Assembly (NCBI GenBank): GCA_963677595.1
Contig: OY782041.1
Span: 1,536,001 to 1,600,000, forward strand
Direction of reading: 5' to 3'
Source of the DNA: Spirochaetia bacterium
GTDB lineage: Bacteria > Spirochaetota > Spirochaetia > CAKZLE01
Length of the DNA stretch: 64,000 bases
The notes under the pieces are model-generated. The model was not told the DNA's origin. It did no database searches and saw only the letters and a list, made by a program, of their open reading frames with translations. Both the position numbers and the translations under genes were made by a program. This document shows, one piece after another, positions 10,901 to 21,142 of this stretch; position 1 is the stretch's first letter, and each line of letters begins with the position of its first letter.

Positions 10901-11280
10901 TGATCGAGGACCACATCCGGGAGGCACTGCGTGAGTTCACGGTACCGACGAGCGAGGCTTACCGCATGGTCTATGTCCCCTACATCCTCACCCACCTTGC
11001 CGGCTGGTATACCGAGATGAAGGGGCTCGGAAAGGAACCGGCACAGATGCTCACCGCCCTACTCGAGGACCCCCAGGTACGTGCGTTCTGCCAGATCAAC
11101 TGGCACCAGGAAATCCAGTGGTTCCATAAGGAGTCGCTCCAGGAGTGCTTCTTCTGGCTCTATGCCGCTGAACTCCTTGCGAACCCCGACATGGTGGAAG
11201 ACCGTGAGTTCTATTCCATGATCCAGGGATGGCTGAAGAAGGAGATGACTGCCGAATACCGGGTAGAGAGATTGTTCTAA
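7933..11280 (+). CDS. Large alpha-amylase family (GH13) glycoside hydrolase
   Basis: DMVPNH, RFDAAM (nucleophile), LAEAFW (acid/base), NNPDE conserved regions; long uncharacterised N- and C-terminal extensions. Confidence 0.85.
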   Translation: MIQTELRILQTSRESYEVYEILFSSEETIQALYHQAQKIAMVINAKRQDPARSIKASDVYAAGVIRLIQRDLVQAYSSAQQIDIKDQVLTDYRREGIPIPEIIRTFDAVFPHIAEIPESAAGRLTVEEILLLEVSQNNPALMKRFQDLFSSQLLQKEPLYRTASTRLLSTIKDAPGFEEGDIGESSNLFEFLCKPARLSPDDLSGQLKYMLMHWGEYIASYKNALLRALDFIQEENRPVFPPGPGPSSAADYSGMNEEYEAYSSDSDWMPNVVMMAKSTLVWLDQLSKEYGYSITRLDQIPDREIDQLADRGFTALWLIGLWERSEASKRIKNACGNPEAEASAYSLHGYDIAWGLGGWEALKELSRKCRRRGIRLASDMVPNHTGLDSDWMVNRPDLFLQTPYPPFPAYTYNGQNLSKDGRVGVYLEDHYYSQTDAAVTFKRVDHHTGAETYIYHGNDGTGMPWNDTAQLDYLNPDTRETVIQTIIHVAKNFPIIRFDAAMTLAKKHIQRLWYPLPGTGGDIPSRSAHGMEQSAFNEAIPIEFWREVVDRIAVEVPDTLLLAEAFWMMEGYFVRTLGMHRVYNSAFMNMLKNEDNRKYRDTIKNTISFDPEILKRYVNFMNNPDEETAVNQFGDGDKYFGVCTLLVTMPGLPMIGHGQVEGFREKYGMEFSKAYWDEKPNQYLVGEHYRRIFPLMKKRYLFSNAENFCLFDVVHDHAVQENVFAYTNRAGDERALVFYNNAYEKGVGWISQSAPSLKRLDGDERKLMTTGIGEALGLRGGTHDFFICTGFHDGLSYIRSSQEVYRRGIYVELNGYQTQIYLNFYEVEDTEGLYARLYEQLNGAGVADIERELKRIKYSEFHLAASPFYQVSTIGKLSQYCRTPDPDLLAGLAKTFTTAQALIASVWGNIPFGAYELLPKQLEPEKASLPAKLEALKLFIEAAEGNQYLANSLRIMPEVPALIASWILLSVVTDQYEEPTMIPDIGHELLIEDHIREALREFTVPTSEAYRMVYVPYILTHLAGWYTEMKGLGKEPAQMLTALLEDPQVRAFCQINWHQEIQWFHKESLQECFFWLYAAELLANPDMVEDREFYSMIQGWLKKEMTAEYRVERLF

Positions 11281-11287
11281 GACGATG

Positions 11288-11311
11288 AGAGGGCTGCAGA
11301 TGCAGCCCTCT
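11288..11311. terminator. Hairpin between convergent GH13 and nadE genes
   Basis: AGAGGGCTGCA-ga-TGCAGCCCTCT inverted repeat. Confidence 0.7.
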
Positions 11312-11335
11312 ATTCATGTATGGAGTCCTTCCCGT

Positions 11336-13000
11336 TTACGGTGTCGTCTCATAGATCGCGCGTGCGATCGGTATGCGCCTGCCGCTCCCGAAGGCCTTCT
11401 CTGAGACCTTGATCACGATCGCTGCCTGTCTCCGCTTGTACTCACAACGTTCGACCAGACGCAGGATGTGCTGCACGGTCTGAGCATCATACCCGAGTGC
11501 CACGATCTCCTCGAACTGGAGGCAGTCCATGACATGGGCCTTGAGGATCCCGTCCAGGACCTCATAGGCCGGGAGGCTGTCCTCGTCCTTCTGGTCAGGC
11601 CGCAGCTCTGCGGATGGCGGCTTGGTGAGGATGTTATCCGGGATCAGGTCGTAGCCTGCCTTATCGTTTATATGGCGGCATAAGGCGAACACCTCGGTCT
11701 TGAAGAGGTCCCCGATCACTGCCAGGGAGCCGCACATGTCCCCGTAGAGGGTACAGTAGCCGGTCGCCATCTCTGACTTGTTCCCGGTTGTGAGCAGCAG
11801 CGAGCCCTTCTTGTTCGACCAGGCCATCAGGAGCAGCCCCCTGATCCGTGCCTGCATGTTCTCCTCGGTGACATCCTCCTTGGTCCCTGCGAAACTCTCA
11901 GAAAGGCTCTCTTTCGCAGCCTGGAACATCGGTTCTATGGAGATGACCTCGTACCCGATCTTCAGGTTCTTCGCCAGCTGCTCGGCATCGGTGAGGCTGT
12001 GGTCGGAGGAGTAGCGGCTCGGCATGGCATAGACATGCACGTTCTCCGGGCCGAGGGCGGCTGCGGCGATGACCGCGATGAGTGCGGAATCGATCCCTCC
12101 AGAGAGGCCGAGGTTGGCTGAGGAGAATCCGGTCTTCTTCATGTATCCCCGGACACCGAGCACCAGTGCCTGGAAGAGGTTCTCATAATCATCATCGATC
12201 TCGGAGAGGTCCAGCTCGGGAAGGGTCTCGATACCTTCGGTATCGAAGGTGACGAGGTCCTCCTTGAACCCTGCCCCATGGCTCACGATGCGTCCTGATG
12301 CATCGGAGACGATCGAATTCCCGTCGAAGACGAGCGAGTCATTCGCCCCGACTGCGTTGATATAGGCGGTGATCACCCCGTGGTCCTGGCTGATCTGCTT
12401 GACCAGGGACCTCCGGATCCGGGTCTTCCCGGTATAGAAGGGGGAAGCTGAGGGGGCGATGATGATCCCGGCGCCCTTCCTGCAGAGCTCCTTCACCGGG
12501 TCGTCATGGTAGATGAGGCTCGAGTCCCCGACATTCTCCGCCCAGATGTCCTCACAGATGGCGAACCCGATCTTCTCCCCCATGAACTCGAGGAGCTCCC
12601 GGCTCTCTGCTGGTTCGAAGTACCGGTCCTCATCGAAGACATCATAGGTCGGCAGCAGGGTCTTTGCCTGCTTATGGATGATCTCACCCCCATAGATGAC
12701 GGCAAGGTCGTTATAGAAGGATTTCCCCTTCCCCGAAGTGTTCTCGTCGACGAACCCGACAGCCACCGCGATATCTTCAGGGACCTGTTCGCACAGCCAT
12801 GCGACAGCTTCCTTGTTCTTCCTGATAAAGGCCGGATAGGTGAGCAGGTCCAGCGGCGGATACCCGCAGATCGCCAGTTCCGGGAAGACCACCAGGTCGG
12901 CTCCCGCCTGCTTCGCTTCCAGGGTCCTTGAGAGGATCAGCTCCCTGTTCCCGGTGAAATCTGCTATGATCGTGTCTATCTGGGCCAATGCAATCTTCAT
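11336..13000 (-). CDS. nadE: Glutamine-dependent NAD+ synthetase
   Basis: Nitrilase domain (FPELAICGY, ICEDIW) plus GLSGGIDS, ENMQARIRG, TGNKSE, PPSAELRPDQKD. Confidence 0.96.
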   Translation of the reverse strand: MKIALAQIDTIIADFTGNRELILSRTLEAKQAGADLVVFPELAICGYPPLDLLTYPAFIRKNKEAVAWLCEQVPEDIAVAVGFVDENTSGKGKSFYNDLAVIYGGEIIHKQAKTLLPTYDVFDEDRYFEPAESRELLEFMGEKIGFAICEDIWAENVGDSSLIYHDDPVKELCRKGAGIIIAPSASPFYTGKTRIRRSLVKQISQDHGVITAYINAVGANDSLVFDGNSIVSDASGRIVSHGAGFKEDLVTFDTEGIETLPELDLSEIDDDYENLFQALVLGVRGYMKKTGFSSANLGLSGGIDSALIAVIAAAALGPENVHVYAMPSRYSSDHSLTDAEQLAKNLKIGYEVISIEPMFQAAKESLSESFAGTKEDVTEENMQARIRGLLLMAWSNKKGSLLLTTGNKSEMATGYCTLYGDMCGSLAVIGDLFKTEVFALCRHINDKAGYDLIPDNILTKPPSAELRPDQKDEDSLPAYEVLDGILKAHVMDCLQFEEIVALGYDAQTVQHILRLVERCEYKRRQAAIVIKVSEKAFGSGRRIPIARAIYETTP

Positions 13001-13068
13001 AATTCACTCCAGATCAACTCTACCACAATTGATTGACTTATGTCACCTCATGAAGTACTCTGTACCAT

Positions 13069-14319
13069 ATGAAGAAATGGATATTGAACCTCATATCGAT
13101 CCTGGTCGGCCTTACCCTGGCGTTCTTCCTCTTCAGCAGCAGTACCCTGGAAGGGTTCTTCAGCAATATAGCGACCCTGCTCATGAACCTGATCCCCTAT
13201 GTCACCTACGGTATGGTCTTCTTCCTGGCAACCGCCGGGATCGCGTCGCTGAACCTCCAGAACCTGACCCGAAACGCAGTCCTCTGCACCCTCCTGTGGG
13301 GAGGCCTCTCCATCGGGCTGCTCTCGCTCTTCAGCGGGTTCTTCGCCTACCTCATGCCGCTCGTGGATCTTGACCAGTTCATCTCACTCAACCGTGACCT
13401 GACAGGGTCGGTGAGCCTCCAGGACGGGGGCTTCCAATCGATCACAGCATCCTTGGCAGGGAACAACTTCAAGCCGTTCTTCTTCTCGTTCGGACTCCTG
13501 CTGCCCATCGTGGCTGCCGGCTTCTATCTCGGCTGGGGAGTCACCCCAACAAAAGAGGTCCTCAAGCCCGCCTACTCGGTGATCAACTCATTCTCCGAGG
13601 TCTCGCACAAGCTCCTGCACAGCATCAGCCATATCATGAACGTCGGGCTGGCATTCTTCTCCGGGATCTTCCTCGCACATGTCCTGCAGGTCTCCGGATT
13701 ATCTGTCATCACCTCGTTCTTCATCTTCTTCTCCATCGCCGCGGCCATCCTCATCTTCCTGGTCTTCCCAGTCCTCATCGTGATCTTCACCAAGGAGCAC
13801 CGGCCCTACTACTTCCTCTCCGGCCTGCTCTCCCCTATCCTCCATGCCTTCTTCTCCGGGACCACGACCTATGCACTCCCCCTCCTCATCCAGCACGCAC
13901 GGACCAACCTCGGCATCGCGAAACGGGTCAACGCCCTCTCGATCCCGCTGCTCTCCCTGGCTGCACGCGGGGGAAGCGCCTTCGTCAGCTCCTTCGTCCT
14001 GATCGCCATGCTCTCCTCCCGGATGGGTGATACCACGCTCATTTCGACGACCCTGCAGATCCTGCTGGCCAGTTCGGCACTCTCTATCATCTCCTATGCG
14101 TTCCCCGGGATGGAAGTGATGTTCATCACCCTGGGAGCCATCCATTTCCTGGACCTTGGGATCTATGAGGAGTCGACCTTCCTGTTCATCATCCTCCTGC
14201 GCCCGCTCCTGCAGGGGACTGCAGCAGTGATCGACACCCTGATCTGCGGGCTGGGTGCGGCAGCATGCGGGTACAGGCTGCATGCCTTCATCCCCGTAGA
14301 ACGAAAGGACCGAATATGA
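13069..14319 (+). CDS. Multi-pass membrane protein, divergent dicarboxylate/amino acid:cation symporter-like
   Basis: About 10 hydrophobic segments; AFFSGTTTYALP and SIPLLSLAARGGSAF resemble the DAACS SSSxATLP and LPLGATINxDG regions. Confidence 0.6.
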   Translation: MKKWILNLISILVGLTLAFFLFSSSTLEGFFSNIATLLMNLIPYVTYGMVFFLATAGIASLNLQNLTRNAVLCTLLWGGLSIGLLSLFSGFFAYLMPLVDLDQFISLNRDLTGSVSLQDGGFQSITASLAGNNFKPFFFSFGLLLPIVAAGFYLGWGVTPTKEVLKPAYSVINSFSEVSHKLLHSISHIMNVGLAFFSGIFLAHVLQVSGLSVITSFFIFFSIAAAILIFLVFPVLIVIFTKEHRPYYFLSGLLSPILHAFFSGTTTYALPLLIQHARTNLGIAKRVNALSIPLLSLAARGGSAFVSSFVLIAMLSSRMGDTTLISTTLQILLASSALSIISYAFPGMEVMFITLGAIHFLDLGIYEESTFLFIILLRPLLQGTAAVIDTLICGLGAAACGYRLHAFIPVERKDRI

Positions 14320-14338
14320 CCGATAGGAAGCATGGCCT

Positions 14339-15100
14339 ATGAGCAGACCGGTAAAGATCGTCTTCCTGATCCTGCAGTTCGTGATCGCCGCACTGGTGAT
14401 CGCCTTCTGTGTACATCTCTATATCAATGGGGGGTTCACCTTTGGGAGCCTCATCGCCTCAGGGGATACGGACCATGTGATGACCACAGCCATCCATACC
14501 CTGCTCCTGCTCCTCTTCGGCCTGGTCTTCTTCATCGTCTTCGGGAAGGCGACCTACCCGGAAGTATCGTTCATCATCATCGCGGCATCGTTCATGCAGC
14601 TGATGAACCTGCGGGTCTTCCTCATCCCGCTTGACCACCTCACCATCGACACCTCGATCCTGATCCAGCGGGGTTATTATGCGCTCTGGTTCTTCAGCAT
14701 GTCCCTCATCTTCTGTTCAGGACTCTTCCACAACGGGGTCTCATACCTCAAGCAGAACCTGTTCATCCTGATCTCACTCTGCGTCACCGTCATCGTGATG
14801 GTGATCATCCCCATCCCATCCGGTCTCGAGACGCTCTATGACTATATGGAGATATCATCGATGAAGGGATTCATCGCCCTGCTCGGGGCCGCATCGGTCC
14901 TCAACTACATCATCGCCTCGATCAGGAACAACTCGAAGACCTTCACCCTCATTGCCCTGGGGCTCCTGCTCTTCCTTGGAGGCAACATCCTGCTGCTCTA
15001 CCTGGCAACACCCCTCTATCTTGGCATCGCGGCGGCACTCTTCATCATCGGCAGCAGCATCATGATCAGGGAGTTCTATATGCTCCACCTCTGGTCCTAG
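14339..15100 (+). CDS. Hypothetical integral membrane protein
   Basis: About 7-8 TM helices, host-like codon usage. Confidence 0.7.
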   Translation: MSRPVKIVFLILQFVIAALVIAFCVHLYINGGFTFGSLIASGDTDHVMTTAIHTLLLLLFGLVFFIVFGKATYPEVSFIIIAASFMQLMNLRVFLIPLDHLTIDTSILIQRGYYALWFFSMSLIFCSGLFHNGVSYLKQNLFILISLCVTVIVMVIIPIPSGLETLYDYMEISSMKGFIALLGAASVLNYIIASIRNNSKTFTLIALGLLLFLGGNILLLYLATPLYLGIAAALFIIGSSIMIREFYMLHLWS

Positions 15101-15696
15101 ATCAGGGCTGAGGCTACCCACCCGACGAACACGGGAATACAGGCATTATCGAAATCACGAAGGGGCAGGGTCTCTACTGCCGTGGCGGCAAGCGCGATGA
15201 GCAGGGCGCTCCCTGCAGAGCCCAGGACGACGAAGGAAGCGATGAAGGTGGCAGTGAAGCATCCTGCCATGCCCCCGAGCGATTTCTTCCTCAGGTAGGG
15301 GATCCCCTTCACCGGGAGGGTGCTCCCCAGGAGGGCTGCTGCCGTGTCACCGAAGGCAAGGGCGAAGATCCCGAGCTTCATGGCCGTGAACGGGAAGAGG
15401 TAGATCGAGAGGAGGGCACCGAGAGCGAGGGTAAGAGGGGATTTCATGAAACCTGTCTTCTCATTTCCCCGCGAGACGTACTCTGTGGTGGAGATGATGG
15501 GTCGAAAGCACCTGAGCAGGACGTTCCCCTCATACCTCCCGGTCAGCCGGAGGTACTCGCTCAGGCAGTAGACTGCCGAACCGATCCCAAGGAGTATGAC
15601 TGCCTGTTCCTGCGATGACCGAACGATCAGCGGCAGGAAGGCGATCAGCACATGCAGGCTCTTGCGAACCAACTCTTTCTTTAGTATCTGCACCAT
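15097..15696 (-). CDS. Dolichol/phytol kinase-like (CTP-dependent polyprenol kinase family) membrane protein
   Basis: ELVRKSLH, ALAFGDTAAAL.G, KKSLGG, DN..IP motifs. Confidence 0.8.
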   Translation of the reverse strand: MVQILKKELVRKSLHVLIAFLPLIVRSSQEQAVILLGIGSAVYCLSEYLRLTGRYEGNVLLRCFRPIISTTEYVSRGNEKTGFMKSPLTLALGALLSIYLFPFTAMKLGIFALAFGDTAAALLGSTLPVKGIPYLRKKSLGGMAGCFTATFIASFVVLGSAGSALLIALAATAVETLPLRDFDNACIPVFVGWVASALI

Positions 15697-15813
15697 AATA
15701 TCTACGTACCCTCATGCATGGTCATATCTCATCCTACCCCTGGATGGGGCTCTTTGCAAGCGTAATCACTTCGCAATACTTGACACGACCTCCCAGTTCC
15801 ATGATTATGAGCT

Positions 15814-17082
15814 ATGTTCATACCGGTAATCATCAAACTCATCGTATCACTGCTCGTGATCATCCTGCTCAACAGGTTCCTGAAGAACCTGCCGATCTCA
15901 CTGCTCGGGGGGACGCTCGTCTTCGCCTTCTGGATCGGGCTTCCCTTCAGCACCATAGCCTCGACCGCCTTCGAGCGCGTGTTCAGCCTCAACACGGGCG
16001 GGCTCATGCTCTTAGTCGGCCTGGTCATCACCCTCTCCATGCAGATGAAGTATACCGGGCTGATCGATGAGCTCGTGGGGACCATCAGGAAGACCTTCTC
16101 CTCGAGGACGTCGCTCGCCGTGCTGCCGGCCATGATCGGGCTCCTCCCCATGCCGGGGGGTGCACTCTTCTCTGCCCCGCTGCTCGACAACTTCGATGAT
16201 ATCTCAGGTATCGGGCAGAATGAGAAGACGAGGATCAACTACTGGTTCCGTCATGTATGGGAATATATGTGGCCTCTCTATCCGGGAGTCATCGTCGCCT
16301 GCGACGTGGCAGGGATCGAGCTCTGGCAGATCTTCCTCATCGGTGCGCCGATGAGCCTTGCCGCCATCATCATCGGGTATATCATCTACCTGTCCAAGAT
16401 CGACCGGGAGAAACGGTCGAGTGAACAGAGACGTGAGAGGCTGAGCCTCTCACCCTTCATCCCGGTGATCACCATCGTGCTGACCTACCTGGTCATCCAG
16501 ATCTTCCTCCCCGCGATCCCTGCAGCCAACCAGTACCTCCCGATGATCATAGGGATCACGATAGCGATCGTCTCCCTGCAGATCCGCAAGCCGGTATCGC
16601 AGGAGGACTGGGGGAAGATGGTCACCTCGAAGAACCTCTACAAGATGATGCTGATCATCCTCATGGTACGGATCTACGGGGCATTCATCGATGCCTCGAT
16701 CGACGGTGTCCCGGTCATCGGGGTCATGACCGAGGAGATGCAGCAGTTCGGTGTCCCGGCCCTGCCCCTGATCATTATCATCCCCTTCCTTGCGGGACTG
16801 ACCATGGGGGTCTCCGTGGGGTTCGCCGGGTCGGCGATCCCGGTAGCCCTGGCACTGCTCGGCCCGGATCCCTCGTTCGGCCTACTGGCCGGGACCCTTG
16901 CCTTCGCCTATGTCTGCGGGTTCATGGGCACCATGCTCTCACCATTGCATGTCTGCCTGATCGTCACCTGTGAGTACTACAAGACCGGGCTCTCCGCATC
17001 GTTCAGGGCTGTCATGCCGGCTGCTGCCGCCATGCTCGTTGTCGCATACCTCTATATGCAGCTGCTCACGGTCCTGTTCTGA
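15814..17082 (+). CDS. DUF401 family membrane protein
   Basis: PAMIGLLPMPGGALFSAP, NYWFRHVWE..WPLYP, SPLHVCL motifs. Confidence 0.85.
   Translation: MFIPVIIKLIVSLLVIILLNRFLKNLPISLLGGTLVFAFWIGLPFSTIASTAFERVFSLNTGGLMLLVGLVITLSMQMKYTGLIDELVGTIRKTFSSRTSLAVLPAMIGLLPMPGGALFSAPLLDNFDDISGIGQNEKTRINYWFRHVWEYMWPLYPGVIVACDVAGIELWQIFLIGAPMSLAAIIIGYIIYLSKIDREKRSSEQRRERLSLSPFIPVITIVLTYLVIQIFLPAIPAANQYLPMIIGITIAIVSLQIRKPVSQEDWGKMVTSKNLYKMMLIILMVRIYGAFIDASIDGVPVIGVMTEEMQQFGVPALPLIIIIPFLAGLTMGVSVGFAGSAIPVALALLGPDPSFGLLAGTLAFAYVCGFMGTMLSPLHVCLIVTCEYYKTGLSASFRAVMPAAAAMLVVAYLYMQLLTVLF
16956..17082 (+). repeat. Direct repeat copy 1 (3' end of DUF401 gene), left island boundary
   Basis: Matches 24583..24709 except substitutions at 16974, 17001, 17071 and the stop codon (TGA vs TAG). 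Confidence 0.95.
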
Positions 17083-17127
17083 GGTACTCAATAGGTAAGC
17101 ATTCACATTGATTCAGGAATGCTGAAA

Positions 17128-19095
17128 TTAGATTAATCTCTGGGTGTGCAGTCTCTCTCTAATCACTTCCCAGATACTTGCATGCGTCCAACCAAATGCC
17201 GAAATATTATTATATGAACCTTTTGTTCCTGTCCCATAATTCCATGCTGTATGCTGTACTACTTCCGGGATACATCCCTTGAGACTGATTCCAGTAGAAT
17301 GCCCATCTCTTTCAAGAAGGCGTTCTACAATAGAATCACTGAGAAAATCTGCTTGCTTCCTAAAAAAACCATCACCTGTTTGATCTGAAAGATAGATTAA
17401 ATTCTGTGGAAGATCAAATAAGTAACAATCGATATGGTTATTCTCGACTGATACATTTCCCCATCCAGATGTTTTGAAAGATATAGAACCTAATAAAGAG
17501 TTTAAGGGTAGTGGAACATCCCAACAATAATACCAACTAAGGACATACTCTGCTGTTTTTTTTGCTGCATCCAGCCATTTACTTTCTTCTGTCATCCGGT
17601 GGAGGCAGCACAAAGCTGATAAGACAATAATTCCGGATTCCTTATCTTCACAATAAGAATCGAGTGAGGAAGAATGAAAAGCAATGTCTTTTACCATTGT
17701 CCGTAGAATGAAGTCACCAGCCAGTACCGCCCTATCAGGGTTGAAGATTGCAAGCAGGGGAACCGTTGAAGGAGTGCTAACAGTACGGTTATCTAGGGGA
17801 TTACTACTATAATCAAAAGAGAAGGGGATACTCCCCTCATTCTCATTCTTCTCAATTATTTGTATTGAACATATATTCTCGGATATTTTTCGTGCGATTT
17901 CATACCAAACTGGTTTCTTAATGCCATAACGTTCCGCCACCTTATATGCCTGATAAACAGCCAACGCACCTTCTGCTTGTCGCCGTAAAAATAATTGCTC
18001 CTGCCCTTTCCAACGCTGTTCAGAACCAATATAGCTCTCACGGAGCCAAGAGGATTCAGTTGCCGCAAGGATAAAAGAATCAATGATACTAACACCATAA
18101 TTAATATATTCCTGATGTTTATGCTCTAGACCATATTCCAGGCAAAATGCCGCATTAAGCAAGACTCTTCCTATAAAGCCCACTTCACATTCTTTTTCCC
18201 CCAGATCACTACTGAAGGTGTCCATCTCCTTTCCGACAAACCCACTGATACCGGTCTTAGTCGTAAAGAACGTTTGTGAGTAATACTGTTTCATTATTTC
18301 CATTATCTGTTGTTCAGTTAACGTTCTGTCAGGAGGATTATGTGCATAGAGTTTTTCAGCCACTCTGTTTATCCAATTCAGCTGGTCATATTCAGTAATC
18401 TTTTCATCAACTCTCAATGCACAGACTGTGATTTCCAGGGTTAAGTGTTCCCCCTTTTTCAGCTGCATTTTGCAGATGACTGGTTCCGAGAAGGTGTGTT
18501 TGCTCACATAAGATTCTGGCATCTCACGATATGGTCTTCGATACCCTATGCATCGCTGCTTCTTGTCTTCACACAAAGAAAAACTTCCAATCTGCATCTG
18601 ATCAGGAGAAACCACAGAAGCCAAACTCTCATCTTTTTCTGGTAATCTGGTGTCAAATAATGCAATCAAAGCTGAATCCGTAAGAGCACTTACAACTGGG
18701 ATACTCAACCTATCTTCTCTGAAAGACCAGCAGTTACTCATTCTCTTTGATGGAGCAGAAGCTTTTGTAAACCTGTTCCCCCAATACCATAGCCCCGGAG
18801 ATAATGTTTGGAATCGTTCAGTTGATGCTGGTACAGCCTCGACCCGTACTGCCGTCTGTATCCCATCACCTTCCAGTACAACTGAAAACATATGAAAGGT
18901 CCCAAGATCGTCTGTTTTCTCCGACTGCTTGAGTTCTACAGATATCTCAAGATCTTCTATTGATGATACAGCTTTATTCAGATCATAGAGCTGAATATAC
19001 ACATACAAACTACCCCAATAGTAATCTCTTTTTCTGAGTAAAATCTCCTGCACTGGTTTTATCTTATTGCTATCTTTTAACACCACGTTCGTCAT
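17128..19095 (-). CDS. Hypothetical protein, possible (alpha/alpha)6 six-hairpin glycosidase-like
   Basis: Last gene of sugar ABC operon; helical repeats of the L...T.E.KWLDAA and L...TGD..F...A type; family not recognised. Confidence 0.5.
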   Translation of the reverse strand: MTNVVLKDSNKIKPVQEILLRKRDYYWGSLYVYIQLYDLNKAVSSIEDLEISVELKQSEKTDDLGTFHMFSVVLEGDGIQTAVRVEAVPASTERFQTLSPGLWYWGNRFTKASAPSKRMSNCWSFREDRLSIPVVSALTDSALIALFDTRLPEKDESLASVVSPDQMQIGSFSLCEDKKQRCIGYRRPYREMPESYVSKHTFSEPVICKMQLKKGEHLTLEITVCALRVDEKITEYDQLNWINRVAEKLYAHNPPDRTLTEQQIMEIMKQYYSQTFFTTKTGISGFVGKEMDTFSSDLGEKECEVGFIGRVLLNAAFCLEYGLEHKHQEYINYGVSIIDSFILAATESSWLRESYIGSEQRWKGQEQLFLRRQAEGALAVYQAYKVAERYGIKKPVWYEIARKISENICSIQIIEKNENEGSIPFSFDYSSNPLDNRTVSTPSTVPLLAIFNPDRAVLAGDFILRTMVKDIAFHSSSLDSYCEDKESGIIVLSALCCLHRMTEESKWLDAAKKTAEYVLSWYYCWDVPLPLNSLLGSISFKTSGWGNVSVENNHIDCYLFDLPQNLIYLSDQTGDGFFRKQADFLSDSIVERLLERDGHSTGISLKGCIPEVVQHTAWNYGTGTKGSYNNISAFGWTHASIWEVIRERLHTQRLI

Positions 19096-20294
19096 TCCCC
19101 AAAGTGATCGTTGATGAGCGATGTGTATTTCATCTCTACCGGATTTGCATCAGTATTCGATCTGTCAATATCCCATATTCCCAGATGTATGGGGAATTCA
19201 TCAGGTGTACCAGGCATAATCTGATAAGACCAGTCAATCATGTCGATAGCAGGGAACCAGGTATACCCGGCTATATCGACGGAATCTTTCTTTAGCTCCT
19301 TCAATACAGCTATAGACTCATCAAGCCACTTGCATTTCAGACTATCTGATCCTTTGACGCTTGTCTCAGTTACCATAAGCGGTATCTGATACTGATCCCA
19401 ATACCTTTTTACAAGGTCTGAGAATTCTTCTGATGAGACCTCAAAAGGTATTAAATTCCAATTCGATTCATTTCCTACAATTTCTGATATTGAAAATTGT
19501 GGATAGAAATTCAATCCCATGATATCAACAGCAGCAGGTTTCTGGGCAATACCAGTCAGATCTTCTTTTGAAATCCCGCTTTCCAGCAACCATGGATATA
19601 ATTGATGTTCTTCGGTAACAGAACCCAGGATCAGGTCCCAATACAGTGTTTGCAGCGCATTGTTCCAGCTGTCGATCTTTTTCAAACGAGGATTCTGTGT
19701 AAAACTGGCAGTTGCAACTTCTACGTGAATATTTGTGTTTCCAGCATCCCGAATATCATGCGAACAGGGGATAACACCCTTAACGATCTGTACCATAATC
19801 TTTGCGAATGAAGCATAATCACTCCCGTAAGGAGGCCATTGCCCTTTAGGTCCACAGAAAAGGGCTGCCGTGTAGGGTTCGTTATTCGGAGTATACATTG
19901 ACACCCTGTCTGCAAAAGTTTCCAGTGTTGCCTGTGTGTATTCTCTGATGTATTGGGGATAGTCAGGATGCAAAAATGATCCTTCCATCCAGTCAGGAGT
20001 TCCATAATGTACCAGGTCCAGGATAGGTTCTACTCCCTTTCCCAACATATAATCCACAACCCGTTCCGGCCAGCTAAAATCAAAGTCCCCTCTATTCTTC
20101 TCAATACGATACCAGGGTATACCCCAGCGCATCGCTGAGATTCCAGTCCCGGTCAACAGATCAATATCTTCTTTCCATCTACGATAATGATCGGTCAGTT
20201 CATATTCATCGAGAGTCTTGCCAAGTAATGGGTTCTTTGCATGTATGAATGTATCTTCTATCCCTAAAGCCCAAATCCAAGGTAATTTAGACAT
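19092..20294 (-). CDS. Family 1 glycoside hydrolase (beta-glucosidase-like)
   Basis: DHYRRWKEDIDL, RWGIPWYRI, DLVHYGTPDW, NEP acid/base, GLNFY, VTETS nucleophile. Confidence 0.85.
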   Translation of the reverse strand: MSKLPWIWALGIEDTFIHAKNPLLGKTLDEYELTDHYRRWKEDIDLLTGTGISAMRWGIPWYRIEKNRGDFDFSWPERVVDYMLGKGVEPILDLVHYGTPDWMEGSFLHPDYPQYIREYTQATLETFADRVSMYTPNNEPYTAALFCGPKGQWPPYGSDYASFAKIMVQIVKGVIPCSHDIRDAGNTNIHVEVATASFTQNPRLKKIDSWNNALQTLYWDLILGSVTEEHQLYPWLLESGISKEDLTGIAQKPAAVDIMGLNFYPQFSISEIVGNESNWNLIPFEVSSEEFSDLVKRYWDQYQIPLMVTETSVKGSDSLKCKWLDESIAVLKELKKDSVDIAGYTWFPAIDMIDWSYQIMPGTPDEFPIHLGIWDIDRSNTDANPVEMKYTSLINDHFGE

Positions 20295-20313
20295 ACTATT
20301 CTCCTTTTGTTGA

Positions 20314-21141
20314 TCAACCTTTCAAGCCACTTATAGCGACACCTTTAATGAATGTCTTCTGAGCAGAAAGATAAAAAATTAAGATTGGTAATATTGAGAG
20401 AACTGCACCAGCCATAATCGGACCATGCTCCATGACATGCTCTCCGGTAAAAAGAGCTAACCCGACCGGTAACGTCCTCATTTCTGTAGAGTTCGTGATA
20501 ATAAGAGGCCAGAGAAAATCATTCCAGTTATACATGAAATGAAATACTCCTAGTGTTGATAAAGCGGTTGTCGTCAACGGTAAAGCAATCCTGATATAGA
20601 TAGAGAACTCACTCAACCCTTCCATCCTAGCTGAATCCAGCAGATCATCAGGTATAGAGATGAAGAACTGCCTCATCATATAGATACCAAATGCATTGGT
20701 AATTCTCGGAAGCATCATCCCCCAGAATGTATCAAGCCCATGCAGATGAAAGATCATCAGGTACAATGGAATCATGATGATCTGAAAAGGGATCATCAAA
20801 GTAGCCAGAATCATAATAAAGACAAAATTCGATCCTCGGAAACGCAGTTTTGCAAATGCATATCCAGCCATGCTGTCGAAGAAGAGCGATATCAACGTGA
20901 CTCCCCCGGCAAATATGACTGAGTTCCGAAAGAACGTGAGGAATGGTATAGCACTCAATACAAGTCCGTACTGCTCCATTGTCCAAACCCTGGGCAGTAA
21001 GCGTGAAGGCTCTCCTATGATTGAAGATTCAGGTTTGAATGATGTTAAGGACATCCAAAGAATGGGGTATATTGAAACAATCACCAAAAAAATTAGTAAG
21101 ATTAACAACACCGGATACATACCTGTATATTTTTTCTTCAT
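20314..21141 (-). CDS. Carbohydrate ABC transporter permease (MalG-like)
   Basis: AGYAFAKLRFRG, EAA-like loop DSARMEG, WNDFLWPLI. Confidence 0.93.
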   Translation of the reverse strand: MKKKYTGMYPVLLILLIFLVIVSIYPILWMSLTSFKPESSIIGEPSRLLPRVWTMEQYGLVLSAIPFLTFFRNSVIFAGGVTLISLFFDSMAGYAFAKLRFRGSNFVFIMILATLMIPFQIIMIPLYLMIFHLHGLDTFWGMMLPRITNAFGIYMMRQFFISIPDDLLDSARMEGLSEFSIYIRIALPLTTTALSTLGVFHFMYNWNDFLWPLIITNSTEMRTLPVGLALFTGEHVMEHGPIMAGAVLSILPILIFYLSAQKTFIKGVAISGLKG

Positions 21142-21142
21142 C